A stretch of DNA of 63,001 bases from Candidatus Roizmanbacteria bacterium (GTDB taxonomy: Bacteria; Patescibacteriota; Microgenomatia; UBA1406), in NCBI GenBank assembly GCA_024654535.1, contig JANLHL010000045.1, positions 1 to 63,001 on the forward strand. Direction: 5' to 3'. Both the position numbers and the translations under genes were made by a program. Positions 29,848-37,434 of this stretch are shown here, in pieces (the first letter of the stretch is position 1; each line of letters starts with the position of its first letter). Below the pieces are notes generated by a model. It made no database searches. It worked only from the letters and a program-made list of their open reading frames with translations, and was not told where the DNA came from.

Positions 29848-31416
29848 ATGGAGATGTTAAATAATTATTTACTGTTAGGTTTATTGAATATTTACATCAA
29901 GACCGCCATAGTTGTTTTGTGTGCTTCTTTGATAGTTTTTTTACGCCAGCTCCCCGACTATTGGGCTGCTATACATACTCCAACGGGTTATGAATATTCA
30001 GGACAAGCTTCGTGGTTTGATCCTTGGGATGTGAATGTGTATGTAGGAGCAATTCGTTATGGGCAGAGCGGGCATATTTTACTTGTCAATCAATATAGAA
30101 CGGATAATACAAAAGAGGCGTTTCTATATCCGCTCTATACTCTTACCGGATATTTCGTTCGTACGATTAATCCCTATATTCTTTTTCATGCACTTGGGGC
30201 GGGTGTTGGTATGGGTTTTTGTTTGATTCTATATGTACTCGCATACTTGGTATTCAGAAAATTTTGGTACAGCCTATGTGCAATGATCCTCACGAGTTCA
30301 GGTGGTGGATTTGGTTGGATGTTTAAAGATGGGTTTAAAAGTGCGGACACTTTTGTGACGAGCTTTACCATGATGAGCGGTTTTCAGCGCGCCCACGAAG
30401 GGATCGGCACGATACTATATATATGCTCTCTAATGTTTTATTTTTTTGCTACCCAAACACCCTTTTCTTCACGGCGGTTTCAATATCTTGCTATTTCAAC
30501 AGCTTCATTAATAGCGTTAATACTCTTTTATCCCTACTACCTACTCATATATGCGCTTGTTGCGGGAGCATTTACATTCATTTATGTTAGGGAAAGAGAG
30601 AAAAAAAAGCCTTTATTCATATGGGTTAGTATCTCTCTTGGATTTTCTGCCATACTATCGTTGTTCTATTTGATACACCTGCGTATGACTAGTCTGGCGA
30701 GCGCCACAACAGAAAATTTACACAATCTCACCTCAGGCACACTCGTACTGGGATACGGACCATTAATACTCTTTTTTTTAATACAGATATATTTGAGAAA
30801 AAGAAATTATACAAGTGCATTACCACGGTTCTTATGGTTATGGGTAGGTATTTCTTTTTTTTCAGCGTATTTACCCTTTGGTTTTTCACGCTTTTATTTT
30901 AGAGGCCTTTATTTCCCGCTTGTACTATTGGCACTTGCGTATACGCTACAATTACGGTATGCAGCACAGAGAAAATTGCTCATACTTTTTTTGTGTATGT
31001 TTTTACCACTGACATCATTGTATATTTTTTCGAAACGAATGAACGAAGCGGGCAAAATTAATCAGTGGTTTTATTATTCACGTGAAATAGGCGATGCCTT
31101 CAGGTATATTCGAAGCGACTCAAAAAATGGCGTACTAAGCGGGTATATACTCGGTAACTACATTCCTCCAAAGACAAACAAATCTGTATATTTTGGACAT
31201 AACATTCAATCTACCAATGGGAAAATTAGACAAGCCCAGTTGAGAAATTTTTATTCGGGGAAGCTTAGCACGAGTGAAGCAAAAATATTCTTAGGCAAAA
31301 ATAACATATCGCTTATTGTATATGGTCCTGAAGAACGCACGTTCGGGGGGCACGTATACCCATTTATGAGAAAAACCTATTCAAACTCTAGAGTTCAAAT
31401 ATATACAGTTTTATAG
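29848..31416 (+). CDS. polytopic membrane protein, GT-C-type glycosyltransferase-like
   Basis: More than 10 predicted TM helices plus a soluble C-terminal domain. Start at the ATG at 29848 (MEMLNNYLLL). Divergent from the glycan operon. Confidence 0.5.
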   Translation: MEMLNNYLLLGLLNIYIKTAIVVLCASLIVFLRQLPDYWAAIHTPTGYEYSGQASWFDPWDVNVYVGAIRYGQSGHILLVNQYRTDNTKEAFLYPLYTLTGYFVRTINPYILFHALGAGVGMGFCLILYVLAYLVFRKFWYSLCAMILTSSGGGFGWMFKDGFKSADTFVTSFTMMSGFQRAHEGIGTILYICSLMFYFFATQTPFSSRRFQYLAISTASLIALILFYPYYLLIYALVAGAFTFIYVREREKKKPLFIWVSISLGFSAILSLFYLIHLRMTSLASATTENLHNLTSGTLVLGYGPLILFFLIQIYLRKRNYTSALPRFLWLWVGISFFSAYLPFGFSRFYFRGLYFPLVLLALAYTLQLRYAAQRKLLILFLCMFLPLTSLYIFSKRMNEAGKINQWFYYSREIGDAFRYIRSDSKNGVLSGYILGNYIPPKTNKSVYFGHNIQSTNGKIRQAQLRNFYSGKLSTSEAKIFLGKNNISLIVYGPEERTFGGHVYPFMRKTYSNSRVQIYTVL

Positions 31417-31424
31417 TAAAGAAC

Positions 31425-32642
31425 CTATTCGTATCGGAGTGCATCTATTGGCTGTAAGTCTGCTGCTTTTTTGGCCGGATATATGCCAAATATGAGTCCA
31501 ACTATTGTAGAGACTCCTACTGCAAGAGCGAGTGAAGATGGAGAAACGATGAAGGGTATATTAGCCACTTTGGTTATGCCATACGTGGCACCAACGCCTA
31601 TAGCTATCCCAATAGCACCGCCAGAAACGGTTAGCACGACAGATTCTATGAGAAACTGTAATAAAATATCTCTACGTTTTGCTCCAAGCGCCTTTAATAG
31701 ACCAACCTCTTTGGTTCTCTCGGTTACGGTGACAAGCATAATATTCATAATACCAATACCACCAACAACGAGTGAAATTGCAGCGATTCCTGCGAGTAGG
31801 CTTGTCAATAGCCCGGTGACAGTTCCTAACGTTGAGAGCGCATCCTTGGAGCTCCTTAACGAAAAATCTGGGTCTGCACCGTCAGCAATTTTATGGCGAG
31901 TAATGAGCAGTGACCGTATGTCTTCCATTGTTTGATCAATAATATTAGTATTCTTTGTTTCAACCAGTATTGTTTGTACGAAGTCTTGTCCGAGCAAAAC
32001 CTTCATTGCGGTTGTATAGGGAACATAAATATAATCATCTGGATTTACAAAACCAGAAGCTCCCTTTTGATCGGCAACACCGATAACCCTGAACGACCTA
32101 TTATCTATTTTTACTATCTGTCCTACCACCTCTGAGCCTTCTCCGAACAGATCTATTGCAACCTGATAGCCCAAAACTGCAACACGAGATAATCCAGAAA
32201 CGTTATCTGCAGTTACAAATGTTCCTTGTGTAGTGCTGATTGTTTGTATTGCAGCATATGATTCCGCAACGCCTTGTATTGATGAGTTTACTTTCTGGCC
32301 GTTTGCAACGACTTGAAAAGAACGAGTAACGACTGGTGAAACCGATTGTATATTGAGGCTCGGATTTGTATTTAGTATTGCTTCTGCATCTGCAACGGTA
32401 AGTGTTTTTACGCCCGCAGTACCAGAAGGGCCTTGGGAAAGTGAACCTGGGAATATTATGACAAGGTTAGTGCCAAATGAGGATATTTGGTCGGTGATTG
32501 CCTTTGTTGCACCCTGTCCAAGCGAAATAATGAGTATTACAGCAGCAATACCGATAATGATGCCCAACATAGTGAGAAGTGTTCGCAAAATATTAGATCG
32601 CAGCGCTCCGAGTGCTGTAATAAATAGTTCACCGATTTGCAT
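31425..32642 (-). CDS. ABC transporter permease, MacB/FtsX family
   Basis: N-terminal TM, a large extracytoplasmic domain, and a C-terminal FtsX 3-TM block (GIMNIMLVTVTERTKEVGLLKALGA). Confidence 0.9.
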   Translation of the reverse strand: MQIGELFITALGALRSNILRTLLTMLGIIIGIAAVILIISLGQGATKAITDQISSFGTNLVIIFPGSLSQGPSGTAGVKTLTVADAEAILNTNPSLNIQSVSPVVTRSFQVVANGQKVNSSIQGVAESYAAIQTISTTQGTFVTADNVSGLSRVAVLGYQVAIDLFGEGSEVVGQIVKIDNRSFRVIGVADQKGASGFVNPDDYIYVPYTTAMKVLLGQDFVQTILVETKNTNIIDQTMEDIRSLLITRHKIADGADPDFSLRSSKDALSTLGTVTGLLTSLLAGIAAISLVVGGIGIMNIMLVTVTERTKEVGLLKALGAKRRDILLQFLIESVVLTVSGGAIGIAIGVGATYGITKVANIPFIVSPSSLALAVGVSTIVGLIFGIYPAKKAADLQPIDALRYE

Positions 32643-33348
32643 GTGTTTTGTCTGAATTTATAGTGTCGCTTTTAATTGTGCCATCGTGTAATCGGATTAC
32701 CCTTTTTGCGTACGCAGCTATGTCATCCTCGTGCGTTATGAGTACGATAGTATTTCCCTGCCTATTTAGTTCTTGAAAGAAATCCATGATCGTATGCGCT
32801 GTTTTACTATCGAGGTTTCCCGTTGGTTCATCAGCAAGTATTATACTTGGATTCATAACAAGTGCTCGAGCTATAGCAACTCTCTGAATTTGTCCTCCTG
32901 AAATATGGTTCGATAAATTCTCTGCTTTTTCTTCTAACCCAACGAGTTTTAGCGATCGCAACGCTTTGTCTTTACGTTGATCTGGTGGTATATCTGCATA
33001 CATCATTGGTCTCTCAACATTCTTTAACACACTAGTACGAGGGAGTAAATTGAAAGATTGGAAAATGAAACCAATTTCTCTGTTTCTGATTTCAGCAAGC
33101 GCATCTTCATCATATTCTGTTATATCCTTCCCTTTTAGAAAGTATTGACCATCTGTTGCGTTATCAAGTGCCCCCATAATGTGCATCGTTGTTGACTTTC
33201 CAGAACCAGATGGGCCCATTATGGCTACAAATTCATTCTTGTAAATATCAAAAGAAATATCTTTTAATGCTTGATACGTCTGTGTGCCGGTTATGTAATC
33301 CTTACTAATATTTTGGAATGAGATCACCGGTACCTGTTTCGTCGTCAT
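32629..33348 (-). CDS. ABC transporter ATP-binding protein (MacB/LolD-like)
   Basis: Walker A GPSGSGKST, signature LSGGQIQRVAIARAL, Walker B ILADEPTGNLD. Confidence 0.93.
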   Translation of the reverse strand: MTTKQVPVISFQNISKDYITGTQTYQALKDISFDIYKNEFVAIMGPSGSGKSTTMHIMGALDNATDGQYFLKGKDITEYDEDALAEIRNREIGFIFQSFNLLPRTSVLKNVERPMMYADIPPDQRKDKALRSLKLVGLEEKAENLSNHISGGQIQRVAIARALVMNPSIILADEPTGNLDSKTAHTIMDFFQELNRQGNTIVLITHEDDIAAYAKRVIRLHDGTIKSDTINSDKTHANR

Positions 33349-33353
33349 AGATA

Positions 33354-34673
33354 TTATTGTCCACCCGGAACAGTGTTTGTAGATCGGGTAACTTGTCCGT
33401 TCTGGAGTGCGGTTATAACTTCTGTACCTTCTTTTATTCCGCTCATTATTTGAGTCTTTTCTATACCAACGAGCCCAATGGTAACCGGTACGAAAATTGG
33501 TTGTTTTGTTTTTACGTCGAGTACTTGTACGGCCTTACCACCTTTGTATGGTTTTACCGCACTGTTCGGTACGAGTAGTATATTTTCTTTTTTAGCAACC
33601 TCTATGTCAACATTTGCCGTCATAAGAGGACGTATTGCAGGGTCTGCTTTTTTGAGTCGTAAGTAAACTGTGTAAAGTATAACACCTGCCTCATCGTGTC
33701 CATATGTATCGACACGCTCCACTATTGCTGGGAACGTTTTTTGTGGAACTGCATCTATGGTTATTTCTGCAGTATTTGCTGGTTTTACTTTTGCAATATC
33801 GACCTCGTTTAATTCAACCGACACTATATATGCACTATCCCCTTGTGCCACAACGATGACTGGCGAAAGAGTAGATGCATTTGTAGAAAGAAGAGCTTTA
33901 ACAGTATCACCTGTCTGAACGGCGAGATTATAAATTGTTCCCGGGGCTGTTGCTTTCACAATAGAACTTTGTGTTGCATTATAGGCAAGGTAGGTTGACT
34001 GTGCACTCGCTTGAGCCGCGGCAATTGCAGTATCTGCCTCGAGATACTTTTTCTCAGTTGCGGTAAAAGACTCTTGAGATATAGTCCTAGCAGAATCTTT
34101 ACTATCTATTTCTTCCTGAGTATATGGCCTACCAGTCTCAGGATTATTTGCGCCAACACTTCTTTTATAGTCAAGGTATGACCGAGCGCTTTGCGCATCC
34201 AACACTGCTTTTCGTGCTGTTTCGAGCTGTGATTGTAGTGTGAGTTTACTTTGTTGTGCTGTTTTTAAAGCAGAGAGCGCACTTGTATAGTTTGCATATA
34301 GGTTTGCTTTTTCCTGTTCTGTTGCAGTGCTTTGTACTTCAAATAATGGGTCGTTTGTGTTGACTATATCACCGTTTTGTACATATAGTTTTGTAATAAT
34401 CCCGCTCGTCGGAGAGTATATATTTACTCTGCCGCCAGATGACACGTTTCCTGTTTCTGAAACAAGCTCCACAATGTTTCCCAGCTCGACCTTTGTAGTT
34501 ATATACAGCGGTTGTTTCTTACCTTGAGAAACAGATTTTATGATGAATAAAAGCACAAGTATGCCTATAACTAGGGCAACTTTTTTCCATAATCCCAATT
34601 TTTTAAACCATCCCCACGAACCAGTAGTTTTTTTTACAATAAACGACCAGCTATTATGTTTTATTTTTTTCAT
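33354..34673 (-). CDS. efflux periplasmic adaptor (HlyD/MacA family)
   Basis: N-terminal TM, lipoyl-like halves (GIITKLYVQNGDIV / GTIYNLAVQTGDTV), and a coiled-coil hairpin. Confidence 0.8.
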   Translation of the reverse strand: MKKIKHNSWSFIVKKTTGSWGWFKKLGLWKKVALVIGILVLLFIIKSVSQGKKQPLYITTKVELGNIVELVSETGNVSSGGRVNIYSPTSGIITKLYVQNGDIVNTNDPLFEVQSTATEQEKANLYANYTSALSALKTAQQSKLTLQSQLETARKAVLDAQSARSYLDYKRSVGANNPETGRPYTQEEIDSKDSARTISQESFTATEKKYLEADTAIAAAQASAQSTYLAYNATQSSIVKATAPGTIYNLAVQTGDTVKALLSTNASTLSPVIVVAQGDSAYIVSVELNEVDIAKVKPANTAEITIDAVPQKTFPAIVERVDTYGHDEAGVILYTVYLRLKKADPAIRPLMTANVDIEVAKKENILLVPNSAVKPYKGGKAVQVLDVKTKQPIFVPVTIGLVGIEKTQIMSGIKEGTEVITALQNGQVTRSTNTVPGGQ

Positions 34674-35106
34674 GATTGTGTTGTTCTAATGCGTTATATG
34701 TATTATTTAGAATGGTAAATAAGTTTTTTTTGTCGAGAGGTGAAATTTTTTCCATAAGGTATGACATTCTCTTCATTTTAGTGCTCGTTGCTTTTTTTAG
34801 TTTTTTTTCACCCGCTTGTGTTAAGTGTATCAAAACCAAGCGTCTATCGTGAGTATCGTGAGTGCGCTCAACAAATCCACGTTCAACCAGTTTTTCTACT
34901 AAGCTTGTTGCCGAGGGCAGCGATATAACAAGATCATCTGCAATTTTCCCCATCGTGTTTTTACCCTGAGAGATTGCAGAAAGAGCCTGAAGTTTGCCCA
35001 TGCTTAATTCTTCCTCGTTTAGAGCCGCTGTTTGTTTTCTTAAGAGCCGCATAACCCTGTGTATGAGTAAAAAAATTTGTTCTTCAGAGCTTTCTTTTTG
35101 AAACAT
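34654..35106 (-). CDS. MarR family transcriptional regulator
   Basis: wHTH block ...MGKIADDLVISLPSATSLVEKLVERGFVERTHDTHDRRLVLIHLT. Confidence 0.85.
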   Translation of the reverse strand: MFQKESSEEQIFLLIHRVMRLLRKQTAALNEEELSMGKLQALSAISQGKNTMGKIADDLVISLPSATSLVEKLVERGFVERTHDTHDRRLVLIHLTQAGEKKLKKATSTKMKRMSYLMEKISPLDKKNLFTILNNTYNALEQHNHEKNKT

Positions 35107-35171
35107 AGTTCTACTTATTAATAGTTAGATAAGCTAAGTATATATACTATCGATAGGTTTTGCAAGCGTTA

Positions 35172-35684
35172 CTACAGTTTTCGACTGTCGTACCCCCAAT
35201 GAAGGAGGGCTTGGCGCTGCTTACGCCTGCACAGTTGATCTCTACGAATACAATTTTTCTCTATTTGTGCCACGTGGCGGCGCATAGCTCGCCACCGCCT
35301 TATTTGTCGAGTATCTTCGTGTGGTATTCGCCTACCCATAAAGTAGCGACAATACCACAAAAACCATCCTTGCGGGTCCTCGTGGTATATCCACCCCTTT
35401 TCTTGCCAGACTACCAGCGGTTGCGAGGCATTCACTCGATAGAAATTTTTACCGGGATCCTTTATATGACTATTCAAATTATTTTTGCTGAACCACTCTT
35501 TGGGAAATTCAGCGCTATTGACCGTCTCATATTTCCCGCCAAATATGCCCAAATCTATCATTAGGTGTGGGGTAAGCTCTGGAGTAAATAGAGGATCAAA
35601 ATGTTCGCCAACCGGCTCGGTGAGTTGGTAGCGGTAGTTTTTTTGCAAAAAATTATTGACAACGACGATTTTTTGAATGGTCAT
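35172..35684 (-). CDS. conserved hypothetical protein
   Basis: 170 aa with a Trp/Arg-rich block GWFLWYCRYFMGRRIPHEDTRQIRRW. ATGA overlap with the upstream gene. Family not recognised. Confidence 0.5.
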   Translation of the reverse strand: MTIQKIVVVNNFLQKNYRYQLTEPVGEHFDPLFTPELTPHLMIDLGIFGGKYETVNSAEFPKEWFSKNNLNSHIKDPGKNFYRVNASQPLVVWQEKGWIYHEDPQGWFLWYCRYFMGRRIPHEDTRQIRRWRAMRRHVAQIEKNCIRRDQLCRRKQRQALLHWGYDSRKL

Positions 35685-36739
35685 TTTGCTAGATATTTTT
35701 TGTAAAATGCAACCGTGTTTTGCATAGCAGGGGTAAACGATGAATCGGCAATGTTGTGACCACCACTCGTGTATTCGTAGAACTCGTGTACCACTTTTGT
35801 TTTATCTAAAAGCGCCATAAGATCTCTACTATAACCGATGTTCACTACCGTATCGTCTATTGCGTGATTGATTTGGATCGCACCCTTTAGGTCCGAAAGA
35901 AAGCTCGTTGGTGCCATATCGTGCCAAAACGCACTATCAGAACCAGGACTTCCATAGCGATCAGATACGTGTTGGCGAGTATTTTGTCGAGGTGAAACGC
36001 TTGGTCTGCGCTGATAACTACTATCGCTTATGCCGTATTTTTGCATGTCAGTGTACGAATAGACTGCTCCTGCCCAGATAGAAACGGCAGGAATTGTCGG
36101 TTTTACAGCAAATGCGCGCATAACAACATTACCTCCCATACTGTGTCCCCACAAACCAATTTTTGATGGATTGACAAAATCTGTCTTCTGCAGCGCGGCA
36201 ATTGCGTTCAGCGTATCTATGACATAGTCGGCAGAATAGTATGCGCCCGTTGCAACACCCTCAGAAGTTCCATGACCACGCAAATCTATCTTAAAAACGA
36301 CAAAACCATTTTTGGCAAGATAATCGACGTAGTCTTCATATTTTACTGTCGTTTCGTATTGGCTCGGTGGTATGTACCCGTGCACAAACACAATAGCGCT
36401 CCATCCGTTCTTTGGCATTTCTCCTGTGGGGATGGTGAGAAGTCCTTGGATTGTCAGCTTATCTGAATCATAGCTCGTTATGTACGAGGTATAGTTTGTA
36501 TACTGCTCATAGACTTCACGATTTCCAAGCGTACTCTCGTATGTTCTGCTTCGTAAATAAGGAATAGTGAGCTCATAAAGTGGGTATGGTGTTGGAATAC
36601 TGTCTCTTGTAGTTAAAGAGTGGAACGGATTAGTAAGTGTTGAGGTGGGAAAAAAAGTGCGTGAAAATATGTACAATCCGGCCATACTCACCACTGCGAG
36701 CAAAATGAAAGCGGTTATTTTTTTTGCCATGCGTACCAT
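35681..36739 (-). CDS. alpha/beta hydrolase (S9 peptidase/esterase-like), membrane anchored
   Basis: N-terminal TM, VFVHGY, nucleophile elbow GLWGHSMGG, and C-terminal GGHN. Confidence 0.75.
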   Translation of the reverse strand: MVRMAKKITAFILLAVVSMAGLYIFSRTFFPTSTLTNPFHSLTTRDSIPTPYPLYELTIPYLRSRTYESTLGNREVYEQYTNYTSYITSYDSDKLTIQGLLTIPTGEMPKNGWSAIVFVHGYIPPSQYETTVKYEDYVDYLAKNGFVVFKIDLRGHGTSEGVATGAYYSADYVIDTLNAIAALQKTDFVNPSKIGLWGHSMGGNVVMRAFAVKPTIPAVSIWAGAVYSYTDMQKYGISDSSYQRRPSVSPRQNTRQHVSDRYGSPGSDSAFWHDMAPTSFLSDLKGAIQINHAIDDTVVNIGYSRDLMALLDKTKVVHEFYEYTSGGHNIADSSFTPAMQNTVAFYKKYLAK

Positions 36740-36874
36740 TGTAACGCATTTATTCTCACGAATTATACGTAAAATTATTGCTCAAAGGGCATACGCGTGT
36801 GGTAATATATATGTTGTTCTTTGAAAGGAAGAAAACAATTTCCCCGGTAGCTCAATGGTAGAGCGTCCGACTGT

Positions 36875-37434
36875 ATAGTATCAGTGGTGTAAAATATACT
36901 GTAGCAATGAAAGATAAACGTACTTATAGAGATCGTGCGGCATATATAATCAAAGCCGTTACTAAGCGTAGGAAGAAGCTTAAAAAAATGGCGGTAGATT
37001 ATCTCGGAGGTCAATGTATCTTTTGCGGTTATAATAAACTTGATGATGCACTCGAATTTCATCATATAGACGCGACAAAGAAAGATTTTGGCTTAGCGAA
37101 AAGAGGCCTCACGAGATCGTGGGAGAAAATAAAACAAGAGCTTAATAAATGTGTTCTTGTTTGTGCGAATTGCCACAGAGAAATACACACTGGAATAGTG
37201 CAGCTTTCAGCAGAAATGTTGATTGAAAAACAGGGTGAATTCAGGGAAACCTAAACCTGCCTTAGGTAGGTATGGCAATCCTGAGCCAAGCTTAGTGAAA
37301 GACACAACAGTAACTAGGAAGGTGCAGAGACTAGAGAGTGAGGAGTCTTACCAATAACCTCTCAATAAGCGCCCTGTCCCTCTAATAAAGGGAAAAAGAT
37401 AGTCCATTCTTTACAGAAATGTAAAGATAAAATG
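36875..37434 (+). ncRNA. group I self-splicing intron (560 nt) in the tRNA-Asn anticodon, between nucleotides 35 and 36
   Basis: The 5' exon ends in U, pairable with G36901 (P1: CUGU/GUAG plus AGUAU/AUACU).
Core elements: P GAATTCAGGGAAACC 37237-51, Q AATCCTGAGCC 37277-87, R GGTGCAGAGACTAG 37321-34, S AAGATAGTCC 37396-405.
Pairings: P3 CAGGGTG/CGCCCTG, P7 GACTA/TAGTC, P8 CCCT/AGGG, P9 TCTTTAC/GTAAAGA.
The intron ends in G37434. Confidence 0.8.
36907..37254 (+). CDS. intron-encoded HNH endonuclease
   Basis: CIFCGY...ALEFHHID...CVLVCANCHREIH is an HNH/Zn-finger signature. Starts 3 nt after P1 and its last ~24 nt overlap P3-P4. Confidence 0.85.
   Translation: MKDKRTYRDRAAYIIKAVTKRRKKLKKMAVDYLGGQCIFCGYNKLDDALEFHHIDATKKDFGLAKRGLTRSWEKIKQELNKCVLVCANCHREIHTGIVQLSAEMLIEKQGEFRET

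Noticed and set aside
35160-35564. 134-aa plus-strand ORF.
   Set aside because: It lies entirely antisense to the 170-aa gene 35172..35684, which is translationally coupled to its upstream neighbour.
36775-37065. 96-aa minus-strand ORF spanning the tRNA 5' exon and the HNH gene start.
   Set aside because: It is antisense to a tRNA exon, intron P1 and a well-supported HNH ORF, and has no motifs.
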